Source: a virus (taxonomy: Duplodnaviria > Caudoviricetes). From it: 64,000 bases of DNA. A program made the translations under genes and the position numbers. Within the stretch, counting starts at the first letter, position 1, and each line of letters starts with the position of its first letter. Below are positions 48,999-58,151 of the stretch, piece by piece. The notes below the pieces were generated by a model, which was given only the letters and a program-made list of their open reading frames with translations, made no database searches and was not told the DNA's origin. The DNA is taken from IMG/VR virus record IMGVR_UViG_3300044723_007969. One strand, given 5' to 3'.

Positions 48999-49175
48999 AT
49001 GGCAACAAAACAAGAAGTGGCAGACTATATCAATGATAATTTCGAGACAGTCTGGACAGCAGAAGAGCAGACGAAAGTCGATCAGATGCTTAATCCAGCA
49101 CTAGCGGAGATTTTAATCAAACTAGTAGGTGACGTAAGTTTCTTGACTGAAGTTAGAGATAACAGATCTAACTAA
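48999..49175 (+). CDS. Unannotated 58-aa protein (MATKQEVADYINDNFETVW...)
   Basis: AATAAATA late box, SD AAGGAG, open frame ending 8 nt before the next gene. Confidence 0.75.
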   Translation: MATKQEVADYINDNFETVWTAEEQTKVDQMLNPALAEILIKLVGDVSFLTEVRDNRSN

Positions 49176-49183
49176 TTTGGGAT

Positions 49184-50833
49184 ATGGCATACAACATTAA
49201 CAACACATTCGGGACCTTATTGGTCACATTACCAGATGGTACAATCGATACCACTACTACCGACCTTGCGTTGTTTGGAAAGAGTTATGCAGGGTTTGGT
49301 GAAAAGTTAAATGAGAATCTTGTCAAACTACTAGAGAACTTCAACAACACTTCGGCTCCTAACAACAAAATTCAAGGTCAACTTTGGTTTGACCAAACTA
49401 ATAAACAAATTAATGTATATGACGGTACAAAATTTAAACCAGTAGGTTCTCCAACTCCTTCAACTGCACAGCCAACAAACGCTGTATTGGGTGATGAATG
49501 GTTTGACACAAACGCAAATCAGTTCTACATCTACAACGGTGCAGACTGGACACTGATCGGACCAACAACAGTTGCAGGATCAGGTGTAACACAGGTGATA
49601 CCAGAAACAGCACCAGACGACACAGGTGTAAATCAGTCATATCTTAAACTGGTAGCCAACGACGCAGTGGTCGGTGTTGTATCAGATGTGGCATTCACTC
49701 CGAGCGCCACGGACACAGTATCTCAAGCATTGGTCACAGCAGGTTTTGCCACAGTGGGACAAGGTATACAACTTTCAAGTTCGGTTGCGGCAGTAAAATT
49801 CAGAGGAACAGCCACAGACACAGACGCAATGGGCGGAGTGGCCGCGGCCAACTATCTCAGATCAGACACTAACGACACGACAACAGGTAGATTGACCGTA
49901 CAGAACGACCTAGGAATTAGAATAGGTGGTGGACTGGATATCAACATGTCTATGTCAGGTGATGATTTCACAATAGCAAACACCACTAGTAATGGTGACA
50001 TCGCTTTCACGTTGAATTCAACAGTGTTTGGTGGAACAAGGAAAGTGATGGACATGGATGGAGGAACAGGACGTGTCAACATATTTGAGGGCGGAAACAT
50101 CACATGTGATAACTTGACAGTCAGAGGAACACAGGTGATAATGAACACTTCTACACTCTCAGTTGAGGACAACATAATAGAACTCAACAGGAACATTTCA
50201 TCAAACGCGGCCACACCAAAATTCACAGGAATCAAAGTCAAAAGAGGATCTGTGTCCTCAGCAATAGAACAGGACCTATTTTGGGTATGGGACGAGACTT
50301 TCGCAGACGATGGCTCAACAACTTACGGAAATGCAGGTGGTGCCTTTACAGCATTCAAGTCAGGTGGTGGAGACGACGAATTATCGGCACCTACTCTAGT
50401 TGATATAAGGGCCAATGTAGTACATGCCACAACAACATCGGCCATGTACGCAGACTTGGCAGAGAGATATGAAGCCGACTGTGAGACAGAAGTGGGAGAT
50501 GTGGTGATGCTAGGAGGACATGCAGAGATCACCAAGTGCAACAAAGAACTTTGTGACCAAGTTTTTGGGGTGATTTCAGATTCTCCAGCGTTTTTGATGA
50601 ATGCCCAAGCGGGAAACAACGATTCACACCCCATGGTGGCACTAAAAGGACGTGTTTTTGTCAAAATACAGGGTACTGGTAAAGCAGGAGATCGTGTTGT
50701 ATCAGCAGGAAACGGTGAAGCAAGGATCGCCGAGTTGGACGAATGTACCGCTTTTAACACACTCGGTAGACTGCTCAAGGATAAATACAACAAAGAAACA
50801 GCATTAACAGAATGCGTAATAGGGGTTAAATAA
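49184..50833 (+). CDS. Tail fibre / baseplate fibre protein, paralogue 3, with a C-terminal ADLAE chaperone domain
   Basis: Same N-terminal domain; 'YADLAERY...GVISDSPAFLMN...VALKGRV'. Confidence 0.75.
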   Translation: MAYNINNTFGTLLVTLPDGTIDTTTTDLALFGKSYAGFGEKLNENLVKLLENFNNTSAPNNKIQGQLWFDQTNKQINVYDGTKFKPVGSPTPSTAQPTNAVLGDEWFDTNANQFYIYNGADWTLIGPTTVAGSGVTQVIPETAPDDTGVNQSYLKLVANDAVVGVVSDVAFTPSATDTVSQALVTAGFATVGQGIQLSSSVAAVKFRGTATDTDAMGGVAAANYLRSDTNDTTTGRLTVQNDLGIRIGGGLDINMSMSGDDFTIANTTSNGDIAFTLNSTVFGGTRKVMDMDGGTGRVNIFEGGNITCDNLTVRGTQVIMNTSTLSVEDNIIELNRNISSNAATPKFTGIKVKRGSVSSAIEQDLFWVWDETFADDGSTTYGNAGGAFTAFKSGGGDDELSAPTLVDIRANVVHATTTSAMYADLAERYEADCETEVGDVVMLGGHAEITKCNKELCDQVFGVISDSPAFLMNAQAGNNDSHPMVALKGRVFVKIQGTGKAGDRVVSAGNGEARIAELDECTAFNTLGRLLKDKYNKETALTECVIGVK

Positions 50834-50837
50834 CAAT

Positions 50838-51791
50838 ATGGCATATTCAGCAGGAGATCCAATTTTAGATGACGAGTACAACACCTTCGTCAACAGTTCG
50901 TCAAGTCCATTCGGATACAACCATTTCGCGGGACCAGGTGCGTCAAACTATGGTTTGAACCAGTCCACAATTTCAACAGTTTCAGCAGGTGACACAATCA
51001 ATGCGGCACACTGGAACTCATTATTCACAGGAATGGATAACATTGCCAACCACACAAACGTTTCTATCACAGCATCATCAGTTTCAGCAGGCGACACCAT
51101 TGCAATCAGATCAGCATTGGTCACAGATCTAGCCAACTTGGCGGCGGCAGTAGCGGCAGGTTCAACAAGTGCAACAGCACTGTCAACAAACGCAATAGGA
51201 TCATCAACAAATTCAGGCACATGGAACTCAACATCAACCATTGAGAGATCAGTTACTTTTGCAAACAGCGCCACTATGAGAGCATTCTTCAACGCAGGCG
51301 GTAGCATCAGGGTTGATCCATCGACATCAGGATCAGTGGACGGTTCCAAAGACACAGTATTCAGTGGATTGACAGCCACAGCGATAGGTAACCTAGACAT
51401 AGGTGCACACGCATCAACAAGATCAGGTTCAGGCGAGACACTTACAACTAACGGTCTGGCGAATGGTTTCTTTGACCTAGGAACAGGATACACGACAATA
51501 TTGAAATTGACTTCAAATGACTCAGGTTACACATCCAACACAGTTGAGATATCAGCCAAGTTGAACGCGGCACCGGCCACGGCAACAGTGATGACTATCA
51601 AGATGGTTTCAACCGACGGAGCGGACGACACAACGTATACATCAGGTAACACAGCAGGTGTCCCAGCAAATCCAAACGAAGCACCTGCCATGGTATTAGC
51701 ACTGATCGAAGAGTACCCAACCAACGCACAGGGATTGGCATCGAACATACAGTCAAGTTCAAACGCACAAGTAAGTAACTCACAATCATAA
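50838..51791 (+). CDS. Ser/Thr/Ala-rich virion (fibre-associated) protein
   Basis: 317 aa; three 'SAGD(P/T)I' repeats; 'RAFFNAGGSIR'; TAAATA 5 nt before ATG. Confidence 0.7.
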   Translation: MAYSAGDPILDDEYNTFVNSSSSPFGYNHFAGPGASNYGLNQSTISTVSAGDTINAAHWNSLFTGMDNIANHTNVSITASSVSAGDTIAIRSALVTDLANLAAAVAAGSTSATALSTNAIGSSTNSGTWNSTSTIERSVTFANSATMRAFFNAGGSIRVDPSTSGSVDGSKDTVFSGLTATAIGNLDIGAHASTRSGSGETLTTNGLANGFFDLGTGYTTILKLTSNDSGYTSNTVEISAKLNAAPATATVMTIKMVSTDGADDTTYTSGNTAGVPANPNEAPAMVLALIEEYPTNAQGLASNIQSSSNAQVSNSQS

Positions 51792-51810
51792 TAGATTAAT
51801 TTTTTCCGGG

Positions 51811-51839
51811 TTGCAATACCACCATAATTACAGTATAAT
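51811..51839 (+). promoter_or_regulatory. Sigma70-type promoter heading the modification island
   Basis: TTGCAA(51811-16)-17nt-TATAAT(51834-39); predicted +1 coincides with ATG 51846. Confidence 0.7.
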
Positions 51840-51845
51840 TGTAAT

Positions 51846-52166
51846 ATGGATATTGGCTCATTAAAAAAGGAATCTGACCTTTCCTTCGACGTTGCAGTTG
51901 CAAAACGCAACGCTCTGGAGAAAGCACATTCGAGACTTGTGGTGGTTTACCATGAACACATCTTTCGTGCAGATGCCCAAACAATCAATCTAGTGAAAAC
52001 CTTAGAGGAAGTTCATTCTTCACCGTTCTACATTCTAGACACAAACAATAATCCGGTTGAAATCTCAGACCCAAAAGAGTTTCTTCACGTGTTAACAGAA
52101 AGGAACCAGGAGGCCATGAGATCATATCACCAGATGTCAAAAACATTTGCGAAGAGAAATGACTAA
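51846..52166 (+). CDS. Hypothetical protein, first gene of the modification island
   Basis: 106 aa, overlaps the next gene. Confidence 0.7.
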   Translation: MDIGSLKKESDLSFDVAVAKRNALEKAHSRLVVVYHEHIFRADAQTINLVKTLEEVHSSPFYILDTNNNPVEISDPKEFLHVLTERNQEAMRSYHQMSKTFAKRND

Positions 52167-52908
52167 AGGCATCCTATTATTCTGTTTTGACACACCTGAA
52201 ACAAAGTACCATAAGGTGCTTGAACGTTGCGTTGAGTTGTGTAATAGAAACCTCAAACTAGAAATAACTGTTGTAACAGACATTGAAACTTACAAAAGGA
52301 TCAAGCCACTGGGATTCATCAATTACAAATTGATTGAACCCGAATTGGGAAACATTAAGAACGGTAAGCAATGGCGTAACGTGGACAGGCACATGGCGTA
52401 TGAACTGTCACCCTATGACACAACACTGGTGATGGACATAGACTACTTCCCGTTCACGGACAATCTCAGGCAGTTCCTAGACACAGATTACGACTTCTTG
52501 GTGTCCAAGGAAGCATTTGATCTGACTAACAGGAACAGTTTTGATCTCAGACGCTGGAGCATGATAGACATGGTATGGGCAACAGTGCTTGTCTTCCGTA
52601 AAGGTGCGAAAGCCAAACGCATCTTTGACATGGTCAAGTATGTTAAAAAGTATTATGCATACTTCAATGAATTATACAGGGTGTACGGAAAAAATTTCCG
52701 TAATGACTATGCCTTTGCAATAGCATTAGAACAGGCCAACGGTTTCATCAACTACGACACATTGCCAATCCGACTGCCCACACTGCCACCTGACTGTGAG
52801 GTAGTGAAGTTCACAGACACGGGTGTGGCATGGCAGTACAAGGACAACATAAACTACACAGAAGACCAGGACGTGCATGTGCTTAACAAGGAGTTGATGT
52901 ATGTCTAA
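52147..52908 (+). CDS. GT-A fold glycosyltransferase-like protein (likely start 52159)
   Basis: 'LSPYDTTLVMDIDY' DxD motif, 'FRNDYAFAIA'. Confidence 0.65.
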   Translation: MRREMTKGILLFCFDTPETKYHKVLERCVELCNRNLKLEITVVTDIETYKRIKPLGFINYKLIEPELGNIKNGKQWRNVDRHMAYELSPYDTTLVMDIDYFPFTDNLRQFLDTDYDFLVSKEAFDLTNRNSFDLRRWSMIDMVWATVLVFRKGAKAKRIFDMVKYVKKYYAYFNELYRVYGKNFRNDYAFAIALEQANGFINYDTLPIRLPTLPPDCEVVKFTDTGVAWQYKDNINYTEDQDVHVLNKELMYV

Positions 52909-53695
52909 AGGATTCCTATGGTTTGCACAAAACAATGAAAAAACTGACTACGTGGAGTTGTCTATAAAACTCGCGGAGAGTATAAAGAAACACAACAAGG
53001 AAAATAAAATTTGTGTGGTCACAGACGAAAAGAGCAAATTCGAACACGAGTCTGTTGATGTAGTAAAAGTGTTAGGAGATGACAATAGTGCGGATCATGG
53101 AATAAAATGGGCAAATGAATACAAAGCATTTTCGATCACACCTTTTACACACACAATCAAACTTGAAAGTGATATGCTGTGGACCACAAACACCGATTGG
53201 TGGTGGTACCATCTATGGCAACATGATCTTGTATTCAGTGTCGATTGTAGGGACTATAAGGACAACGTGATCAAGCACTCGCCTTACAGGGATCTATTTG
53301 TGAGGAACCATCTACCAAACATCTACAACGGAATGGTTTATTTTAGGAAAAGCGAATGGGCACAAAAATTTTTTAATCTAGCCGAGGACATAACAACTAA
53401 CTGGAATGATGTGAAAACAAAGATGCTGATAAACTGTCATGACACCTATCCCAGCACTGATGTTGTGTATGCACTTGCCTACAGATTACTTGATCCAACG
53501 AACAACAAACTGATAGACTACGAATGGTTCAAGTTCCTACACCACAAGCCAGGGATCAACGGGTTGATGAACAAACGAGATCAAAACAATTATCTGTACA
53601 CCAACAGGACAGGCGACAGTATATATTTGGGAGAAAAGAGAGTATCCAGGGTATGGCACTACTACGACAAGGAGTTACATGACAGGTATATTTGA
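52901..53695 (+). CDS. GT-A fold glycosyltransferase-like protein, paralogue
   Basis: 'ITPFTHTIKLESDML', 'NIYNGMVYF', 'STDVVYALA', 'WHYYDK'. Confidence 0.65.
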   Translation: MSKGFLWFAQNNEKTDYVELSIKLAESIKKHNKENKICVVTDEKSKFEHESVDVVKVLGDDNSADHGIKWANEYKAFSITPFTHTIKLESDMLWTTNTDWWWYHLWQHDLVFSVDCRDYKDNVIKHSPYRDLFVRNHLPNIYNGMVYFRKSEWAQKFFNLAEDITTNWNDVKTKMLINCHDTYPSTDVVYALAYRLLDPTNNKLIDYEWFKFLHHKPGINGLMNKRDQNNYLYTNRTGDSIYLGEKRVSRVWHYYDKELHDRYI

Positions 53696-53981
53696 TGCAC
53701 TGAAACAGATGCCCAAGAGGGAACCAAAAAAGTTCTTTGTGAAAGTGGAAGGCAAGGATTATGAGGTCTCCCTAGAGAAGAAGAAATGGGCAATGAACCA
53801 GGGCGAAGAGAACCTCATTATCAAGGACGGTGAGATAACAGTCAAGCCACCACCAAAATTAAAAACACAACACATGACACTGATAAAGGCAGAAAAAGGA
53901 TACGTGTTCCAAGATAACGACATACACTGGCCTAGGGGAGTAGCAGAAGGGGGAGTCACATGGCAGATAGAACACGAGTAA
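53679..53981 (+). CDS. Hypothetical protein
   Basis: 100 aa, overlaps both neighbours, SD AAGGAG. Confidence 0.65.
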   Translation: MTGIFDALKQMPKREPKKFFVKVEGKDYEVSLEKKKWAMNQGEENLIIKDGEITVKPPPKLKTQHMTLIKAEKGYVFQDNDIHWPRGVAEGGVTWQIEHE

Positions 53982-54859
53982 GCGACCTAGACTTTGTGTA
54001 CATCAGTTACATGGAACCCAACAAGGAACAGAACTGGGCCGACCTTAAAAACAAAGTACCATGGGCGAAACGTGTGGACGGTGTGAAGGGGTTTGACTCA
54101 GCACACAAGGCCGCGGCCGAGAAAGCAGAAACTGATTTCTTCATATCAGTGGATGGTGATAACATCATAGATGAAAAATTCTTACTAGAAACACTCGACT
54201 TCGAAAAAACTGACAGGAAAGCGGTACACAGATGGAGAGCAAAGAACAGCATAAACAACCTTGTGTATGGCAACGGTGGTTTAGTTGGTTGGGACAAGGA
54301 AACTTGCCTCAACATGCACACACATGAAAATGCAAAAGACAAGAAAGCAGAAATTGATTTCTGTTGGACAGTGAAACATGAAAACTTGCACAACTGTTAT
54401 TCCACAAGTGTGATAAACAGTGAACCTTTCCAGGCCTGGATAGCAGGATACAGGGAAGGTGTAAAGATGAGTTTGAATCAGGGTGAACACATACAACCTG
54501 CAGAATTCATGAAGACCATCTGGGCACCTAATCTGAGAGTATTAAGCACATGGATGACCGTGGGTGCAGATGTGGAAAATGGCAAGTACGCCATGTTGGG
54601 TGCAAGGATGGGTTGTTACTCCACAACAGTGGACAGCAATGAATGGATACAAATAAGAGATTTAGATAAGATGGTGGACCTGTATGAGAATGCTGTGATA
54701 CCTGAAAAAATTGATGAAGATTTAAAACTGTATGGAGAAAGCATAAGACAGAGAATTGATTTGCCTGTTGCCGACCTGGACGAATATCAGAGCAAGTTTA
54801 TAAAATATGTCTATCCACCACACCAAAACAGAGGAGTGCAAGATCGTGAGTACAAGTGA
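53960..54859 (+). CDS. GT2-like glycosyltransferase domain protein
   Basis: 'FVYISYMEPN', 'GVKGFDSAHKAAA', DxD 'VDGDN', 'LVYGNGG', 'AWIAGYREGVKM'. Confidence 0.65.
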   Translation: MADRTRVSDLDFVYISYMEPNKEQNWADLKNKVPWAKRVDGVKGFDSAHKAAAEKAETDFFISVDGDNIIDEKFLLETLDFEKTDRKAVHRWRAKNSINNLVYGNGGLVGWDKETCLNMHTHENAKDKKAEIDFCWTVKHENLHNCYSTSVINSEPFQAWIAGYREGVKMSLNQGEHIQPAEFMKTIWAPNLRVLSTWMTVGADVENGKYAMLGARMGCYSTTVDSNEWIQIRDLDKMVDLYENAVIPEKIDEDLKLYGESIRQRIDLPVADLDEYQSKFIKYVYPPHQNRGVQDREYK

Positions 54860-56216
54860 TTATAAATCAGATGCACTGAAGGCCAAGGAGAAACTGGCAA
54901 CCGTGTCTCCCACGATGTGCCTGGCCAAATGGAACCAGACATCACTGCACCTGCCAACAGGACTGACGAATTCATGCTACCACCCACCACTGCACAAGAT
55001 AGATGCAGAACAGGTAAAGAAGAATCCAGCCGCACTGCACAACACAGTGGAGAAACTGGATCAAAGATTCAAGATGCTTAATGGTGAACGTCCGGACGGA
55101 TGTTCGTACTGCTGGAAACTGGAGGACACCGGTGAGATGAGTGACAGGCACTATCGTTCAGGTGAGCCTTGGGCCATGCAGGACTTTGAGCAGATTAGAC
55201 AGAATCCAATGACGACTAGTTGGACACCGAGGTACGTGGAGGTCAACTTTAACAACGCTTGTAATTTCAAGTGCAGTTATTGTTCCCCACAGTTCTCAAC
55301 AACGTGGGGCAAGGAGATTGACAGGTATGGCCAATATCCCACATCTCCTCCCCACAATGCACCAGAGCACTTCCAGGGCAGGAGGCGTCCCATACCCAAC
55401 AGGGAGGACAATCCCTACGTGACAGCGTTCTGGAAATGGTGGCCCACACTGTACAAGAATCTCAAACACTTCCGTATGACCGGAGGAGAGCCCATGATGG
55501 ATGTGAACACGTACAAGGTGTTCCAGTACATAATAGACCATCCCAAGGATGATCTTCACTTGAACGTCACAAGCAACATGTGTCCTCCCGACAAGAAACT
55601 GAAGGAGAAGTACTTCAACATGGCACAGGAGATCTGTATGCAGGAGAAGGTGGAACACATGATGCAGTTCGTGTCGGTTGATGCCTTCGGCAAACGTGCC
55701 GAGTACATACGTGATGGACTGGACTTCAACTACATGATGGACAACGTGGAGGAATTCCTGGATCGAATACCCTCGCGGAATTCAATCACGTTCATATGCA
55801 CATACAACAACCTGAGCATAACGAGTATGGACAAACTGTTGGAGAAGATACTGGAACTGCGTACCAAGTACTCAAAGACCTATCAGAGGGTATGGTTCGA
55901 CGTGCCACTGCTGAGACAACCTGCATGGCAACAGATAACGATGCTACCTGAGTCGTACCAGGCGATTCACGAGGCAAACATGGAGTACATGAAGGAGAAT
56001 TCCGGAGAGGACAACGGGTTACACATATTCAAGGACTTCGAGATCCAGAAGATGCAGAGGAATCTCGCATACTGGCGCGAAAACGCGGACGCAAGTACGC
56101 AAAATAAAAAAAACTTTTACGCTTTTTTTAACGAACACGATCGCAGACGTCTCACAAGGTTCTTGAACACTTTCCCTGAGATGATAGATTTTTATGAGGA
56201 GTGCAGGAACGCATGA
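54807..56216 (+). CDS. Radical SAM protein 1 with an N-terminal twitch/SPASM-like Cys cluster (likely GTG start at 54846)
   Basis: 'CNFKCSYC', 'TGGEP', N-terminal 'CLAKW...SCYH...CSYCW'. Confidence 0.9.
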   Translation: MSIHHTKTEECKIVSTSDYKSDALKAKEKLATVSPTMCLAKWNQTSLHLPTGLTNSCYHPPLHKIDAEQVKKNPAALHNTVEKLDQRFKMLNGERPDGCSYCWKLEDTGEMSDRHYRSGEPWAMQDFEQIRQNPMTTSWTPRYVEVNFNNACNFKCSYCSPQFSTTWGKEIDRYGQYPTSPPHNAPEHFQGRRRPIPNREDNPYVTAFWKWWPTLYKNLKHFRMTGGEPMMDVNTYKVFQYIIDHPKDDLHLNVTSNMCPPDKKLKEKYFNMAQEICMQEKVEHMMQFVSVDAFGKRAEYIRDGLDFNYMMDNVEEFLDRIPSRNSITFICTYNNLSITSMDKLLEKILELRTKYSKTYQRVWFDVPLLRQPAWQQITMLPESYQAIHEANMEYMKENSGEDNGLHIFKDFEIQKMQRNLAYWRENADASTQNKKNFYAFFNEHDRRRLTRFLNTFPEMIDFYEECRNA

Positions 56217-56821
56217 AAACAATAGGATTTTTTGGAGACAGTTTCTGTGCAAGTAATCAACCAGAGAGTTGGTGCAACATACTGCAACAGAAACTAGGCA
56301 CAGACAGAATAAGATGGTTCGGTAATCCAGGTAAAAGCATATGGAGTGTATTCTTTCAGTATAACAATTTGATTAAAGAAAATAGAGTACCGGACATATC
56401 CATATTCTGTTGGACGGAACCCTATAGGCTTTATCATCCCAAACACATATTAAGTGCCAACACAGAACCACTCGAAGGAGTTGATCCCAACGTATACAAA
56501 GCATTAGACCAGTACTGGATTCATCTGCATAACTACGACAAAGATGAGATGGCGTACGAGTATGCACTGAAACACTATGATCAAAACATACTTTCCAAAG
56601 TTGACAGCGATATTGTGCAGATGTGGAGTTTCCGACCTTTCGAAACAGCAGACAAGGACGCAGGCATCAACCTGACAACTGGCAAGTTTATAGATGAAAG
56701 TATATATGCTTTCAGCGGAGGTAAGGACAACTGGGGCAAGGGTGATATCAATCACATGACCGTAGAACAAAACCAACAGTGGGCAGATAAAATTTACGAG
56801 GCGATGAATGAACGATCTTGA
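56201..56821 (+). CDS. SGNH/GDSL-fold protein (likely start 56213)
   Basis: 'FFGDSFC', 'GNPGKS', C-terminal 'INHMT'. Confidence 0.65.
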   Translation: MQERMKTIGFFGDSFCASNQPESWCNILQQKLGTDRIRWFGNPGKSIWSVFFQYNNLIKENRVPDISIFCWTEPYRLYHPKHILSANTEPLEGVDPNVYKALDQYWIHLHNYDKDEMAYEYALKHYDQNILSKVDSDIVQMWSFRPFETADKDAGINLTTGKFIDESIYAFSGGKDNWGKGDINHMTVEQNQQWADKIYEAMNERS

Positions 56822-58151
56822 ATATAAAAAACAAATACTAGATCCAAAGAGTGCAAGTTTCTGCGGAGCCAAGTGGTACAATGCCACCATATGGTTAGGC
56901 AGTGGTATGACCACAAGTTGTCACCATCCACTTCCGCACAAGATTGATCTAGAAGCAATAAAAACAAATCCAAGTGCAATACACAACACAGTACAAAAGA
57001 AAGCAGAACGTAAACAGATGCAGTGTGGAGACAGACCAAAAGGTTGTGAATACTGCTGGAAGATAGAAGACATTAAAAGAGATAACATCAGTGACAGGGT
57101 ATACAAATCAAAAATATTCACAAATGAGGCGTTGGATGAAGCACACAAGGCAGATCCAAACACAGACTGGAATCTTAAAACATTAGAAATAGCATTTGAT
57201 AGGACTTGTAACTTTGCTTGTACATACTGTAATCCTGCATTTAGTTCTACATGGGCAAACAATATAAAGAGGCAAGGACCATACACAGACATGACAACCG
57301 ACGGGCGAAATCACTTTACACACAGTCATGAAAGTGCAGAACCATACAAGAAGGATGAGACCAATCCGTATGTTGAAGCATTCTACAAATGGTGGGAAAC
57401 AGATCTACACAAAAGCCTAGATGAATTGAGAATAACAGGCGGAGAGCCAATGATGTCACCTAACTTGTGGAGACTGCTGGATTGGATAGAAACACAAGGT
57501 GACAAAATGAATCCTAATATGACTCTCGCAATAAATTCTAATTTGGGTGCAAAGCAAAGCATCATTGATAGATTCAAGACAAAATTAAAGAAGTTTGATA
57601 ACTTTGAATTGTACACTAGTTGTGAAGCAACATTTGGACAAGCAGAGTACATCAGGGACGGATTGGTATATGGGGACTGGCATTCTAACTTCTTGCACAT
57701 GATGGTAGACAAAGTTCCACGTGCAATCCACAATATGTGTACTATAAACGCACTGTGTCTAGAGTCACTGCCTCAACTGTTAGAGAAAATGATATGGTTT
57801 AAAAACGCAAGTAAAGTGTACGGACCAGAAGTAAATTTCACATTGAACATATTGAGGTTTCCGAGCTTCCAATCACCGCTTGTACTACCGGATGACCTAA
57901 GAAATAAATTTAAGGGCGACTTGGTAAAGTTTTTAAATAGTAATGAAAAGCATTTAGAACACATGGAAATTAATCAAACACAGAGACTAATTGACTATCT
58001 AGATGTTGTGAAGACCCCACACGCAGGGGCGGCCGAACAGAGTAAACTACAAAAAGACTTTAAAGCATTTTACAGTCAATACGACAAAAGATCAGGAAGA
58101 GACTTTGAAAAAACTTTTCCAATAATAGGAGAATGGTACCGTGGCATATGA
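56808..58151 (+). CDS. Radical SAM protein 2 (twitch-type)
   Basis: 'CNFACTYC', 'TGGEP', 'CGAKW...SCHH...CEYCW'. Confidence 0.9.
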   Translation: MNDLEYKKQILDPKSASFCGAKWYNATIWLGSGMTTSCHHPLPHKIDLEAIKTNPSAIHNTVQKKAERKQMQCGDRPKGCEYCWKIEDIKRDNISDRVYKSKIFTNEALDEAHKADPNTDWNLKTLEIAFDRTCNFACTYCNPAFSSTWANNIKRQGPYTDMTTDGRNHFTHSHESAEPYKKDETNPYVEAFYKWWETDLHKSLDELRITGGEPMMSPNLWRLLDWIETQGDKMNPNMTLAINSNLGAKQSIIDRFKTKLKKFDNFELYTSCEATFGQAEYIRDGLVYGDWHSNFLHMMVDKVPRAIHNMCTINALCLESLPQLLEKMIWFKNASKVYGPEVNFTLNILRFPSFQSPLVLPDDLRNKFKGDLVKFLNSNEKHLEHMEINQTQRLIDYLDVVKTPHAGAAEQSKLQKDFKAFYSQYDKRSGRDFEKTFPIIGEWYRGI

